A stretch of 64,000 bases of DNA from Candidatus Bathyarchaeota archaeon. Its GTDB lineage: Archaea; Thermoproteota; Bathyarchaeia; Bathyarchaeales; Bathycorpusculaceae. The notes below the pieces were generated by a model, which worked only from the letters and a program-made list of their open reading frames with translations, was not told the origin of the DNA and made no database searches. Every line of letters begins with the position of its first letter. Within the stretch, counting starts at the first letter, position 1. Positions 19,200 to 32,100 of the stretch are shown in pieces. A program made the position numbers and the translations under genes. The stretch spans positions 2,368,001 to 2,432,000 of the forward strand of contig OY969706.1 in NCBI GenBank assembly GCA_963702095.1. The letters are read 5' to 3'.

Positions 19200-20444
19200 T
19201 TGGTACATCAAGAATGCATAAACTGCAAAACCGCCTACGACATAGATGAGATACTGTATTTCTGCAGAAAATGCGGAGACATCCTAGAAGTCAAGTTTGA
19301 ACATGGCGAGTTAGCCGAAGCTGCCAAAGCAAGCGACTGGAAAACCAAGCCGCTCTCTGTTTGGCGGTACCGCCCGTTTATGCCCATCCATGAATCCACA
19401 AAACTCGTAACCCTCGGCGAAGGCGGCACTGGACTACACCGCTCGGAACGCCTGGGCAACGAGTTAGGCATCAAAAGCCTCTACATCAAAAACGAGGGCG
19501 AAAACCCCACAGGCAGCTTCAAAGACCGAGGCATGACAGTGGGCGTCACCAAAGCCGTCGAACTCGGCGCACGCCACGTAATCTGTGCATCCACAGGCAA
19601 CACCAGCGCAGCCCTCGCCGCATACGCCGCCAGAGCAGGCATCCGCTGCACAGTCCTCATCCCATCAGGCAAAATCGCCTACGGCAAACTCAGCCAAGCC
19701 ATGATCCACGGCGCCAAAGTGCTGCAAGTCAAAGGCAACTTCGACGAAGCACTGGAATTCGTGCTTAAACTCGCCGAGAAACACAAAGACATTTACCTGC
19801 TTAACTCAATCAACCCCTTCCGAATCGAAGGGCAGAAATCGTTGGGCTATGAAATCTGTGAACAACTAAACAACGAAGCCCCTGATCGTATCGTCATCCC
19901 CGTGGGCAACGCGGGCAACATCAGCGCCGTCTGGAAAGGTCTCAAAGAATTCAAGGAACTGGGATTAATCAATAAACTGCCCAAAATGACCGGCATCCAA
20001 GCCGCAGGCTCCGCACCCATCGCACAAGCCATCAAAGCGGGCAGCGACAAAATCACCCCAGTGGAAAACCCCGAAACCATAGCCACAGCCATCCGCATAG
20101 GCGCACCTGTAAGCTGGAAAAAAGCCGTCCACGCCATCCGCGAATCCCAAGGCACAGCCGAAACCGTAACCGACGACGAAATCCTCGATGCACAGAAGAC
20201 GTTGGCGAGGGTTGAGGGCATCTTTGTGGAGCCCGCTTCAGCTTCATCCATTGCTGGCCTCAAGAAGCTAATCCACAAAGGCATCATAATGGCAGATGAA
20301 AAAGTTGTCTGCATCACTACGGGTCACGGCTTAAAAGACCCAGATACAGCGATTAAGCAAAGCGAGAAACCCATCGAAGTTGACGCTGAAATAGGGGCGA
20401 TTGAAGCTGCCCTGGGCTTAAAACAGGCAATCCTTGCACGGTGA
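19200..20444 (+). CDS. thrC: Threonine synthase
   Basis: ENPTGSFKDRG, ASTGNTS, PVGNAGN, TGHGLKD. Confidence 0.95.
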   Translation: MVHQECINCKTAYDIDEILYFCRKCGDILEVKFEHGELAEAAKASDWKTKPLSVWRYRPFMPIHESTKLVTLGEGGTGLHRSERLGNELGIKSLYIKNEGENPTGSFKDRGMTVGVTKAVELGARHVICASTGNTSAALAAYAARAGIRCTVLIPSGKIAYGKLSQAMIHGAKVLQVKGNFDEALEFVLKLAEKHKDIYLLNSINPFRIEGQKSLGYEICEQLNNEAPDRIVIPVGNAGNISAVWKGLKEFKELGLINKLPKMTGIQAAGSAPIAQAIKAGSDKITPVENPETIATAIRIGAPVSWKKAVHAIRESQGTAETVTDDEILDAQKTLARVEGIFVEPASASSIAGLKKLIHKGIIMADEKVVCITTGHGLKDPDTAIKQSEKPIEVDAEIGAIEAALGLKQAILAR

Positions 20445-20451
20445 ATTATCG

Positions 20452-21482
20452 ATGAGAATTATACTTGTGGGATACGGCGTTGTCGGTAAAGGTGTATCGA
20501 CGATTCTGGCTAAGCGGACAGTCGAGAAAGGCAAAGACTACGGGTTTAACCCCAAAATCGTCGCCATCGCAGACATCGACGGCGCAGTCATCAACCCCCG
20601 GGGGTTTAGCCCTGAGAAGCTCGAGGCGATAAAGCAGAAGGGGTACCCGATTTCTGGTGACCCAGAATATGGGCATAAAGGCATTAAGGCACTTGACGTG
20701 ATTGAATCCGTTGAAGCCGAAGTCGTCGTCGAAGTCACCCCGGTCAACATCCAAACCGCAGAGCCTGCGCTTTCGCATATCACAACAGCTTTCAAAACAG
20801 GCAAACACGTCGTTACAACCAACAAAGGCCCCTCGCCCTTGCCATGCCAGCCCTCACAGAACTCGCCGAGTACAACAACGTGTATTTCCGTTTCAGCGGC
20901 ACAGTCGGCGGCGGCACCCCCATGCTGGAATTCGCCAAACGCTGCCTAGCAGGCGACCGCATCCTCGGAGTCAAAGGCATCCTAAACGGCACCACCAACT
21001 ACATCCTCACTGAGATGGGGCAGAACCGCGTCACCTTCCAAGACGCCCTCTCAAACGCCCAGAAACTCGGCTACGCGGAAAGGGAACCATCCATGGACAT
21101 CGACGGCTTCGACACCGCATGCAAAACCGTCATCTTAGCAAACTGGATACTTAACCAGAAAATCACTCTAAAAGATGTGGACCGCGTGGGCATCCGCGGC
21201 GTCACCTTAGACAGGCTTGACGAAGCCGCAAAACGGGGCAACACTGTCAAACTCATCGGCGCCTTAGACGGCACCAGCAAACCAGTTGTGAAACCTACGG
21301 AAATCCCCAAAACCAATCCGCTCTGCGTCAGCGGAGTTTTAAACGCCGTCACCTACCAATGTGAATTCGCCGCTGAACAAACCATCATCGGCAGAGGCGC
21401 AGGCTCAATAGAGACGGCTGGCGCTGTTTTGAGGGACCTCTTAGACATAAGACATAAGTTAGCAACTAAACTACTAACGTAG
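20452..21482 (+). CDS. hom: Homoserine dehydrogenase, one-base frameshift near 20830
   Basis: GYGVVG, HVVTTNKGP / TVGGGTP, GILNGTTNYIL, GRGAG split over two frames. Confidence 0.92.
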
Positions 21483-21501
21483 ACGAAAAGTGATTTGAGC
21501 C

Positions 21502-22911
21502 ATGAAAATCGTGATGAAGTTCGGTGGAACCAGTGTTGGCACAGGCGACAGCATCCGCCACGTAGCCGAGTTAGTTACCCAATACGCCAAAAAAAACAAC
21601 AGCGTAGCAGTAGTTGTTTCTGCGTTGGCAGGCGTCACTAACGAGTTAATCGAGACAGGGTGCAAAGCAAAAAAAAGCGATGAGAAACACATCCAAGCAT
21701 TCACCGCCAACCTCCTAAAGAAACACAAAGAAGCCATTGCAACCGCCATAACTAGCAAAACCATTCAAAAAGAAGTCACAGAAAACACGGAGAAAACCAT
21801 CGCTGAACTCGAAAAAGTCTTAACAGGCATCTGCTACGTCGGCGAACTCACACCTAAAAGCAAAGACTACGTGATGTCTTTTGGCGAACGCCTCTCTGCG
21901 CCGATTGTTTCAGGAGCCATAAGAGACCAAGAGGCAAAAAGCCAATTCTTCACAGGCAAAGACGCAGGCATCGTGACTGACAGCAACTTCGGCGACGCAG
22001 ACCCACTTATGAATTACACCACGCATTTAATCCGCGAACGGCTTGGACCAATAATGGAGGGTGGAGTCATCCCAGTTGTCACAGGCTTCATAGCTGCAAA
22101 CCAAGACGGAGTAGTCACCACCGTCGGACGCGGAGGCTCAGACTACACCGCCACTATCCTGGGCGTAGCGTTGCAAGCCGACGAAGTTTGGATTTGGACA
22201 GACGTGGACGGCATAATGACCACTGACCCCAAACTGGTGCCAGCCGCCCGCATGCTACCGCAACTCAGTTATCAGGAAGCCGCGGAAATGGCGATTTTCG
22301 GAGCCAAAGCCATGCATCCCCGTGCACTCGGACCCGTAAGCAAAGCCAACATTCCAGTGAGAATCCGCAGCACCGCCAACCCCCAAAACACGGGCACACT
22401 CATCACTAAAGAACCAGCGCAAAACCAAAACAAACCAGTCAAAGCAGTCGCCATGATAAAAGACGTAGCCATGCTAAACGTGTACGGAGCCGCCATGGTC
22501 GGTGCACCGGGCAGCTATGCCAGAGTCTTCGATGTTTTGGGCAAAAACGGCATCAACGTCATGATGCTGTCTGCAGCCGCGTCAGAAGCCAACATTTCAA
22601 TGATAATCAAACGTGGACTGCTGGGCAGAGCCATCAGCAACCTTGAAATCGCCTTGCAAGAGCGCGGCGGCATCGTAAGCGAAGTTTCCGCCGAAGACGA
22701 CGTCGCAGTCATCGCAGTTATGGGCGCCTATATGAAGGGCACCTTGGGTGTAGCCTCAAAAATCTTTGAGACAGTTGCCAAGAAAAGCATAAACATCCGC
22801 ATGATTGCACAGGGTAGTTCAGAACTCAACATCAGTTTCGTCGTGAAAGAGAAAGACGGGCAAGCTGTTGTCCGAGCGATTCATGAAGAATTCAACTTAG
22901 ACAAAGCTTGA
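21502..22911 (+). CDS. lysC: Aspartate kinase
   Basis: MKFGGTS, GRGGSDYTA, DVDG, two C-terminal ACT domains. Confidence 0.95.
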   Translation: MKIVMKFGGTSVGTGDSIRHVAELVTQYAKKNNSVAVVVSALAGVTNELIETGCKAKKSDEKHIQAFTANLLKKHKEAIATAITSKTIQKEVTENTEKTIAELEKVLTGICYVGELTPKSKDYVMSFGERLSAPIVSGAIRDQEAKSQFFTGKDAGIVTDSNFGDADPLMNYTTHLIRERLGPIMEGGVIPVVTGFIAANQDGVVTTVGRGGSDYTATILGVALQADEVWIWTDVDGIMTTDPKLVPAARMLPQLSYQEAAEMAIFGAKAMHPRALGPVSKANIPVRIRSTANPQNTGTLITKEPAQNQNKPVKAVAMIKDVAMLNVYGAAMVGAPGSYARVFDVLGKNGINVMMLSAAASEANISMIIKRGLLGRAISNLEIALQERGGIVSEVSAEDDVAVIAVMGAYMKGTLGVASKIFETVAKKSINIRMIAQGSSELNISFVVKEKDGQAVVRAIHEEFNLDKA

Positions 22912-23013
22912 AGTAAATACTGAGATAAAAAGCCCTAAACTTTTTGTTCTAATTTTCTATTTTGCAGTTTTGAAAAAGAAAAAAGGAAAGGGGATTTTGT
23001 TGCGGTTGCTTTT

Positions 23014-25736
23014 TTAGTGTTTTCTTAGCACTAGCACGCCGACTATGGCAATTGCAATTACGATGATGATTACGCCGATTGCCATGTAGGTTATCAGGTC
23101 AGTGGTTGTTGCTACGCCAGGGGCGGTGTCGTTGAGGGACCAGAAGTGGCAGCTGCTTCGCTTGCAGTGAAGTGTCCTATAGCAGACGACGGCCAATACG
23201 AGTTAGAACCTGCAAAGCTGGCAACAACTTCGAAGTCGCCTGAAATGTCGGGGGTCCATGTGAAAGAGTATGTTCCGTCGACTGAAGTGGTTTGGCCGAT
23301 TTGGCGGTAGTTGCCGTTGCTGTCTACGACGCTGATAATGACTGGAACGCCAGAGGTGTTGCTTGGCAGTGGTTGTTGCTCATAGACGTATTCCATCCAG
23401 AGGCTCTGACTCTCGTCTGAGACACAGGGTAAGCCATTTGGGAACCGTAATGCGACTTCGTTTTGCTTTGTCATTGTTACATCAGGTTGCACTAATGCTC
23501 GTGTGCCAGGAGACACATCCGTTATGGTGCCAGTAATGCTGATTGATGTGGCAGTTGTGACTCCGACACTGGGCGCTGAAATAGTCATAGCAGTGGGTCC
23601 TTTGCCAAAAGCGTACAGCATGTTGTCGTAGGCGTTTAGTGACAGAATGATGCCATATGCGATCGATGTTGAGGTGACTGATGTATCCAGTATCTTCCAT
23701 CCTAGTGAGCCGTCAGTCCAGTTGAGAGCCAGTAGTTGCGCTCCGTGGAATAGCGGCGGGTTGTATTCGTGGCCTACAGTGACATATGCAAAGTCATTGT
23801 CTGCGCATTGACTGCTGAAAACCCATAAGGGCCAAATTGCGTATGGAGTTTCCAAACCGGGGTTGCCTAGAATATCGTTTGTAGTTGTCAGCCATTTTAC
23901 GTTTCCGTTTGCTGTGTCTATACACCAGACTTCTCCGCCGAAGCCTATTAGTGCAATGCTGGCGTTGGGTCCGTTTAAGCTTCTGAGGCCGAATACTGTG
24001 TAGCCGTGTGGAAGATCACCATTTGCATCTCGTAGCTCTTGTGACCAAGCGTGGTTGCCAGTGCGTGCATCAAGTGCGTATACGTCAGCAAATGCCAAGT
24101 TCGCCAGTAAAACCTTGCCGTCCTGTATGTATAAGTTAACTCTTGAGTCTGTGGCTAATGTGTCAGTTTCTGAAGCGGTTACGTTGCGAGCCCATAGTTG
24201 AGCGCCTGTTGTGGCGTCCATTGCACCTATGACTAGCCAGCCGTTCATTTGTCCGCCGAAGCCCTGTCCGAAAGTATAGCCTGCGGTCATTACAACTGCG
24301 TTGTCGGTTATGCCGTTTATTGCCATAACTGGGTTTCCTGAAGCGCCTGTGTTGATGGTGTATCCTCCGGTACTTGTGACGTTGGGTAGGGGTGCAGTCC
24401 ACATGACGCCTGTTTGCCAATCACGAACCGTGTTTCTTGCTGGTTGCCAAGAGCCACCGGTTTGTCCGATAGCCATTGTCATGTTCCAGCATGTCAAGTG
24501 TGGTCCTGTGCTTGTGGTCATGACAGTTTGCCCTGGGACTGGATATGTGGGTTCTGTGCCAGAAGTAGCGTTGATGTAGTAGCCGATTATATCTCCTTGG
24601 TCGTCAGTGGTAAGTGCGGGGGTGGTACCGTTAACGATGCTGAGCATGTATTGTCCAGTTAATCCTTGGTACATGTTCCATTGTACAAATCGATCTGATG
24701 TGCCCATTATACCCAATGTGCCACTAAAGCCATTACTATTGTTGGGTATAGTTCCACCAGTGTCTGCTGCGGGGAGGGTGCCTGTCGTCCAGATGAATGG
24801 ACCGATAACACCGTATTGGTTGATTTGGTGGTATTGTGTATTCATGCCGCATCTCAATGGATTGGTTGTGTTTATGGTCCATAGTGTTTGTCCAGTGTAT
24901 ATGTCAACAGCTTGAATGCCTTGTCCCATGTTAGTTCCCATTGTTGTGGGGAACCACTGAGAATACATGATGCCATTCATTATGACGGGTGCATATTTCG
25001 GTTGGTACTGCGAAGTTGACCAGTAGTTGCTGCTTTCAGTTCCACCTGCGTCTCCTCCAGCTACACCGCCTGAAGCCCAAATCTTTGTCCAGAGGACATG
25101 TCCAGACATTACTGATTGAGTGTAGGGGTTGTAGTTGCCAGTGTAGTTGTAGCCACCTGTTGTTGCGAAAGTAACTGAGCCATAGCCAAGCCATGGTCCA
25201 GTTATTTTATACCAGTTTTGAACGTTTTCAGCGGTAACTGGAGTTTGCCAATATTCTGTCGGGAGTGGAGTAACTGCATAGTAGCCCAGCTGTATGGGTT
25301 CTTCCTGTACTGTAACCACTACTGTGTTACTTGTAGCCGCTAATGCGATGACGCCGTTGGTTAAGGTTTGTTGTCCGAAGTAAGCTACGAATGTATAGTT
25401 TCCTGTAGTTTCCGGAACTATAGTAGTGTACGAGCCTCCGGTAGCATCCGATCTGAACGGTCCGAGGGTGACTTGGGTGCCGTCTGGTTTTGTTTCAACG
25501 ACTGTCCAGTTAGTCGCACTTTCGCTTGTTAACAGCGGTGCGGCGATGAAGAAGTTGAGTGTCAATGTTTGACCGACGCCGATTGGGTTGGGTCCAGCAT
25601 TTATGAAAGCATAGATTGTTTGTGTTTGTCCTGGTGATTTTGGAACCTGACTGTTGATAGGTAGAATAGGGATTGCAATCGATAGGATTAAAAGTAAAGT
25701 AATTGTTGTTGCAAATAGACTTTTCAAAAATTTCAT
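23014..25736 (-). CDS. Large secreted PQQ-like beta-propeller protein; C-terminal TM anchor separated by a frameshift near 23125
   Basis: Signal peptide; repeated (A)xD(A)xTGxxxW motifs; TM segment ITYMAIGVIIIVIAIAIVGVLVLRKH in the adjacent frame. Confidence 0.8.
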
Positions 25737-25944
25737 TTCTTCTTTGTTCCTTTATTTTATAGGCGAAAAGCTTTCTAAAAGTTAGCGTTTCGCCATGTGT
25801 TGATTAAAAAAGATATCGTATTTATATTTTTCCATATACCAAGGTACCGTCAAGGTAAAAAGCGACAGCTAAACTAAAAGTACATAAAAAGCATGGGTAT
25901 CACCCGTGTGTTTATCGCTGGTTAAACCACTAAGAGGTTTGGGT

Positions 25945-26316
25945 TTATAGAAGGAAAGGAAGTTCTTTGTTTCCTTCTCTTTCCTGTTGCCAACCGCTGT
26001 CTTTGCCCACTCGCAGCCTGATTCTGGAGACAAGTGTTGATAGTTTACCGGCGCCGGGTTGATAACCGTATTTTGTTTTTAACATCAGAATAGCTATTGT
26101 CTGCACGAACACCACTGAATTGGATGACACCAGTGGCATGTTAGTGACCAAGACACCGTAGGCTAGCCATAGCACGACAGAGGTGCACATGATGCCACAC
26201 ATCAAAGTGGAGATGTCTTTACCTGATTTTGTTCTCCAGACTCTTATTAGCTGCGGAAGCAAAGAAATAGTGCTTAAGGCAGCAGCTACTAAACCTATCA
26301 TGGTTATAATTTCCAT
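25945..26316 (-). CDS. SemiSWEET/PQ-loop family transporter
   Basis: LPQLIRVWRTKSGKDIS, LWLAYG, PLVSSN; start placed at MEIITMIG. Confidence 0.85.
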   Translation of the reverse strand: MEIITMIGLVAAALSTISLLPQLIRVWRTKSGKDISTLMCGIMCTSVVLWLAYGVLVTNMPLVSSNSVVFVQTIAILMLKTKYGYQPGAGKLSTLVSRIRLRVGKDSGWQQEREGNKELPFLL

Positions 26317-26537
26317 GTTTTTCCCTCTCTCCAAGTTCTCCACTAAATGAATGCATGTCTTATTTAACTTTCGATTTTTTAGACTAAAATACCTACAAAA
26401 AAGTATTAAACGAGAATTAATATGATTGGAATTGAATACGGTAAAATGACTAGTTATCAAAAGTTATTAGGCGTGGAACTCAAAGCACGGCTACTCGATC
26501 TTCGGCGCTTTATCGGTAGATGAAAAATCTGCCTGAA

Positions 26538-26665
26538 CTGCTTGTAGTTTGTTCCAAACCAGCCAGCAACCAGTTTCCGATGCAGAACACAAAACACAGC
26601 CGCCTATACAATCCACAGGAAGAAGAAGAGTAAGGAGCACTCTGCCTTCATCTAACAATAGAAAA
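26538..26665 (+). repeat. Dispersed element, copy B
   Basis: GCTTG-N10-CAAACCAGCCAGCAAC-N11-GCAGA..CAGCCGCC..GAAGAAGAAGAGTAA...CTTCATCT..TAGAAAA. Confidence 0.85.
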
Positions 26666-26734
26666 CAAAAAAGCCCAAAAATTGATCCAATGTTATACAG
26701 GGGGAGGGAGACTTCGGCAGAGCAGCAACAGAAA

Positions 26735-27883
26735 CTAACCCGTCGAGTCCCAATAATAAACCGCCGCACTATACTCCTCCGGAACCGGAAAAGATGGATC
26801 TGCGTAGGCTATGTCCAAAGCGTAACCATACTGGCTCAGCATGGATTCAACACTGCTCCAAACCATCGGCGACACCTCGTCTGGACCCCAGAAACCCCAA
26901 ATCTTATCCTCGGGGTAACGTAACCCGTAACCGTAGTTTTGGGGCAGAACCAAGACGGCTTGTGCAGGGCTGTCGCGGGCGATTTTGCCGGTTGTTATAT
27001 CGGTCCAGAGTTTTTTAAGCGCTTCAAAATGCTCGTCTTCCATGATTCCGTAGGCGCTGCCGTTATAGGGATAGTTGAAGATGGAGATGTATTTGGCTCC
27101 AGCCCGATAAGCGGAGACCATCTGGCTGTAGATTAGGTCGCCGCTTTCCAATTCGGCTGTAGAAGGGCTTTTCCAAGTGACTATGGCACCCCAGTCTTTA
27201 TGCTGAAACGTTGCGGCACCGCGGACTAAGGCGATGTCTTTTGCGGTTGTGTGGTTCCAGCCTAACTCTGCGAAGACGACATCGTAGCCTGAGCGGTAGT
27301 CAAACCAGTAAAGCCCATAGTCAGAGCAGAACATGGGAATGCCTTCATTCTTGAGCAAAATAGTGCCTCCGTCCTGCAACATTTTGCTTTCAAATTCTGC
27401 TGCCACAGAATCGTAGGTTGCATTAGAAGGCAGGGACGGCCAAGCAGTTTTGTCACTGTCAAGGTAGATTCCGCCTCGCTCGTCATAGTAGTACACGCCC
27501 AAGAAATGGTCGCCGTAGGCTTGTTTTGCGTTGCTTACCCATGTGGCACGCCAAGTGAGGTTTTTCTGCGCCAATATGGGTGGGGCGAGGTCGCCGAAGT
27601 AAACGATAATGCTTTGTCCCGAGTTGACGGCGTAGTCGCAGATTTCAGTTGTCGCGGACTCATTGGTGCTGATGGGTCCGGATTGGAGGATAAAGAGGTT
27701 AGTGTAGGCTTTGGTGCGGTCAATGAGCTGTTTTGCCTGCTCCGCGGTGTCTCCGCCGAATGCCGCTCCAACGTAGCATGGGCTGCTTTTGCTGCCGGTA
27801 AGCGATAACTGTTCAAACACTAAAACGCCTACTAAAACAGCTAAGAGCAAAACCGAAAAGCCGATGATCACATGTTTTTTCAA
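26735..27883 (-). CDS. Membrane-anchored/secreted hypothetical protein, possibly glycoside-hydrolase-like fold
   Basis: N-terminal TM helix; GVYYYDE.GG, DYGLYWFDY motifs; aromatic-rich. Confidence 0.7.
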   Translation of the reverse strand: MKKHVIIGFSVLLLAVLVGVLVFEQLSLTGSKSSPCYVGAAFGGDTAEQAKQLIDRTKAYTNLFILQSGPISTNESATTEICDYAVNSGQSIIVYFGDLAPPILAQKNLTWRATWVSNAKQAYGDHFLGVYYYDERGGIYLDSDKTAWPSLPSNATYDSVAAEFESKMLQDGGTILLKNEGIPMFCSDYGLYWFDYRSGYDVVFAELGWNHTTAKDIALVRGAATFQHKDWGAIVTWKSPSTAELESGDLIYSQMVSAYRAGAKYISIFNYPYNGSAYGIMEDEHFEALKKLWTDITTGKIARDSPAQAVLVLPQNYGYGLRYPEDKIWGFWGPDEVSPMVWSSVESMLSQYGYALDIAYADPSFPVPEEYSAAVYYWDSTG

Positions 27884-27940
27884 TGCTCTGTCTCCTAGCC
27901 GTGGCTGTTTTTTGTTATAGATTAATATTGAACTCCACGT

Positions 27941-29032
27941 TTAAAGCGCGTTTGCTTCCTTCTCAACTGTGTAGAGCAACGCGGTTTCCCCCAGAATCAG
28001 CATTGTATCGTCCTCCTGCAAGGTGAAGCTGGGGTCAAAGAGGTTAGTTACCACTTTGCCATCCCTGATTACGCCGATGACTGAGCCGTACTTGGAGATT
28101 TCCTGCAAGCCCTTACCGATTAATGGCGAAGATTTGAAGATGGTGAATTCAGCGATCTCTTTGGCCCCGATTTTCTCGGAGAAAACAATCCCCACCAAGC
28201 CTTTGGTTACGGCTGAGAGAGCCAAAAGATGCCCCACCGTCACTGAGTCGGGGATAACCATACTTGCGCCTGCCTCTTTGGCGGTGTCGACTAAGGTGGG
28301 GTCATGGACGACGGTGATGATACGGACGTCTCTGCGGACTTTTCGTGTGGTTAGAAGGATTAGCATGTTTTCTGCGTCTTGCTCATGTGCGATGACTACC
28401 ATGGAGGCTTGGTCGATGCCGGCTGCTTTTAGGGCTTCTATGGGTTGGGTTTCGTATTCGAGCACAACGAATATGTTTCGTTTGAGCAGTTCGTTGTAGG
28501 TGTTGGGGTCTTTAGTCATGATGACATAGTCGAAGCCTAACTCTTCGAGTTTCTCCGAAACATACTTGCCCAAGTGGCTGTAGCCGAACACGACCACGTG
28601 TTTTCTTAGCCTCTTCATTAGCTGTCTTTGGGCTTCGCTTTTTGCAAGTTTACCATCAACCAACATGCTGACCATACTCTGAACTATCGACGCTAACGCT
28701 CCCACCGATATGATAATCAACACTATTAAAAGCACTGCTTCAGTGGAGTTTATGGTAAAAAAGTTGCCACCGTTAGGAATGAACATGCCGATGGTGGTTA
28801 TCGTAGAAACCGAAGCCAAAAATGCGCCTACAGGAGGCAAATGGTCATAAACGTAGAAGATCCCAGCGCCGAAAACAAACATGGCTGCAAGCACAAGCAC
28901 CTGCCGATAAACAGCTTTTACGAAGGCTATGGGGCCGTAGAAGGCTTGGTAGAAAGCGAAGCTGAATTTTCGGGTTTGCTTGTGTACGCGCCCTTTGGCG
29001 TGGCGCCCGAAAATAACTTCGTCTTCATTCAT
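27941..29032 (-). CDS. Potassium channel / TrkA-family protein (2 TM + RCK_N + RCK_C)
   Basis: STITTIGM pore-like segment; HVVVFGYSHLG Rossmann motif; C-terminal TrkA-C. Confidence 0.85.
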   Translation of the reverse strand: MNEDEVIFGRHAKGRVHKQTRKFSFAFYQAFYGPIAFVKAVYRQVLVLAAMFVFGAGIFYVYDHLPPVGAFLASVSTITTIGMFIPNGGNFFTINSTEAVLLIVLIIISVGALASIVQSMVSMLVDGKLAKSEAQRQLMKRLRKHVVVFGYSHLGKYVSEKLEELGFDYVIMTKDPNTYNELLKRNIFVVLEYETQPIEALKAAGIDQASMVVIAHEQDAENMLILLTTRKVRRDVRIITVVHDPTLVDTAKEAGASMVIPDSVTVGHLLALSAVTKGLVGIVFSEKIGAKEIAEFTIFKSSPLIGKGLQEISKYGSVIGVIRDGKVVTNLFDPSFTLQEDDTMLILGETALLYTVEKEANAL

Positions 29033-29128
29033 CGATTTAACTTCCGCTGTTAGGCTTTTTGGTTTAATTGATTACGCTATTAGATAACGGTTCCTGTTTT
29101 CTGACGCTAAACACGGCTTGTTTGACTT

Positions 29129-32100
29129 TTAAGGTGGCTTTTGGAATTTTACGTAAACTTCGACATTAACAGTTACCGCACTCTGCCCAGTGAAATCCGA
29201 CAAGTTCCCTGCCCATTTAGGGGTAGAATCCGCCGTGAACCCGACAGTTTCTGAGATGCCACGCCACAATAGTGCTTTGTCGTAGTCTCGGGCGTCTTGG
29301 GGCATAAACTCGAAGATGCTGCGGCTGGCGACGATGACAAGTTTCTTCTTCATGCGGCTAATCGCGACGTTGATGCGGTTTAGGTTGAGGAGGAAATCGC
29401 TTTCACTACGCACATAGTCGGGATCGCTAACACAGGAAGAGATTATGATGAAATCGGCTTCTCCGCCCTGATAACGCTCCACAGTGTCAACACGGGCGTT
29501 TTTGCAGCCTTCGCCGAGCCTGTTTTTAAGCAGCCCCTTCTGGGCGTTATGGGGAGTTATGACGCCGATGTTTTCGGCGACAGCGTTTTTGACGAGCGCC
29601 TGCACAATCTCGGCTTCGACAAGGTTAGATTGAAAACTCTCAGCTTCATCATGCACTATTAGGACAAACACGTTTTCAGGCGCCAACGCAGTCGCTAAAC
29701 CATCCGTGCCCGCTTTAGTCGGCGCTAACGTCTGTTTCTGGTCAGAGCGGAAATCAATGCCGTCCTTCTCATACACCCATTCCTTGAGGAAGTCGGCGAC
29801 GACAGAGTGGCAACGGTGGCTTTCACAGAGCCGAACCGCAGGAATATCCGCCTCGTAATCGCGTTTTATGCGTTCGATGCCGAGGTCTTCTTTACGGAGC
29901 AGCCGCAGGAAATCCATTGCTGAGAGAAAAGACGCCATTTCTTCGAGGGTTCGGCGGTCTTCTTTTTCCCAGTTATGCGCCACAATCGGGGGCAGTTGGC
30001 GGTGGTCGCCGGCGACTATGATTTGGCTGTTTTTGGATAGGAAGCTGCCTGAGAGGATGAGTTCGGGAAGCCGCATCATGCTGGCTTCATCAACCACTAG
30101 CAAATCGAAGTAGCCTTCGCCCCACGGAGGCTCCTTGTCGCCGATCTTCTTCATCAACCCGTAGAGTCCCGGCGGGGTGAGGCACAGCACAAGCGGCGCG
30201 GAGGCGGCGGCGCTTGACACCAGCGTTGCCTGATTCATCAAGCAATCCGTCAACTCCTTCACGGTTTCGACGTCTTCGTTGTAGTTGAAGTATTTGACGC
30301 CTTCAAGCGGCGGAGTCAACGCGGCATCACTGCTCAAGACACGGTAGATATGGAGGTCTTTTAAGTCCACTCCGCCCTGCGAAGTGTATTCCTGCAAGCA
30401 CCTTGCGAGTTTAGCAACGAATTCCTGGATGGCTTTATGGGTTGGCGCAACCATCAACACCCGGCAGCGTGAATGGGCTCGGTGAGCGGCAATGTGGGCG
30501 AGGACTGCAAGTTGGAGGGTTTCGGTTTTTCCTGTACCCGGCGGACCCTGCAGCATAACGATGGGTTCTTTGCCAAACACCCGGTCAACTAGGAGTTTCT
30601 GTTCAGCTTTGGGTCTCAGGTGCCTCTTCTCTACCCAGCTGAGGAATGCGGTGGCGCCGTCTTTTGGCAATGCTGTATGTGTTGAGCCGCCGGTTTTACC
30701 TGCCAAAAAATCCGCCAGCAAACAATAAAGCACGTTGTTGGCTGCGTAATCTAGGCATTTGGCTGCGCGGTCAGAAATGATGTCGTCGGCTAAGTCGTCG
30801 AGGATATAGTAACGTCCCGGCTCGAAGAGTTGCATGTACTTGTTTTTGGCTTTCTCTGGGTCAGTGGTTGGGAGGTTATGCCATGCGCTGTATTTACTGC
30901 CCTTGCCCCTTGGCCAACTAATTATTTTAACCACAACTTCAAGCTTAGGCACATCCACCCGCTCAACGATGGCACGCGCCGATTTTTCCACTTCGCCAGG
31001 TGAGCGTTTCTCGGTTTCTTCAAACTGTCCCTGCCCGTTACGCGTCAACTCGGTAACGACCATCCAGTCGCCTGAACTGGAGCCGTCTGAGCCTTTGACT
31101 CTGCAGGCGTTGGCAACGCAGTCAGCCTTAGGCAACCCAATGCCCTCATAGATGAGTTTGCCCCTGACGATGAACTCCTTTTCTAACTCGTCCACTCTGG
31201 TACACTGGAAAATCACTGATCTCCCTGAGGCGACGCGTTGGTAGGGTAGCATAGCGTAATGCTGATACATTTCCTGGCGTTTGGAAAAGTATTCGAGGTC
31301 AAGGAATTCTCGGCAACTGCGCTCCAAGGTGGTGGCGCCGAGGCTAAACTCGCTGATTTTGGGGACCACTATGGGTTTTTTGCCTAGGCGACGGTTGCGG
31401 ATGGTTAGTGACCGCTCGATTTGCTCGAGTGCTATGCAGATTTTTGTGCCCATCAAGTTGAGCTCTTCATCGGTTATTCGACGGGTTTTTTGGGTGTAGT
31501 CGCACCATTTGCGTTTGTCGAGGAGAATTTTGGCTGGACCTTTGACCTGTTCAAAGTTGTCGAGGCGGCCTTTGGCACCCCAGAGGTACTCAATTGGCAG
31601 TTGATTGCCGAAGCGGGCGCGGGCTGGGTAATAGCCGTCGCTGGTTCCCCCTTTGAGAAAGCCTATGGCGCCGTCTGGTTTTCGATGGAAAGGCAATGAG
31701 TAATTGAATAAGCCGTCGCGGAAAACCATGGCTAAATCGACGATTGAACCATCCTTGCGTTTTACCCGCCATTGTCCCCGGTCAAAAAAGCAGGCTTGAT
31801 CCAGAAGCGGCAGCAACCCCGAACTATGATAGCGCAAAGCTTTACGGTGAACTACTTCGTCTTGGAGGATGGAGAACATGGGTTGGTCGATGGCTTGTCG
31901 CAATCCCAAGAGGTCACGGACCGCTTGGGCGCTTATGAGTGAGGGTTGGCGGCAGACGGTTTTCATGAGTACGTCGCGTTCTTGGCGGCTGAAAAAGTAG
32001 AGGTGGAGGGGTGCTTCGTCGGGGCTTCCGACTGCGTTTGCGACTTTGGTTATGGCAGCTGTTAGGTCTTTGAAGAAGGCTTCCATAAGTTTCTGTTCTT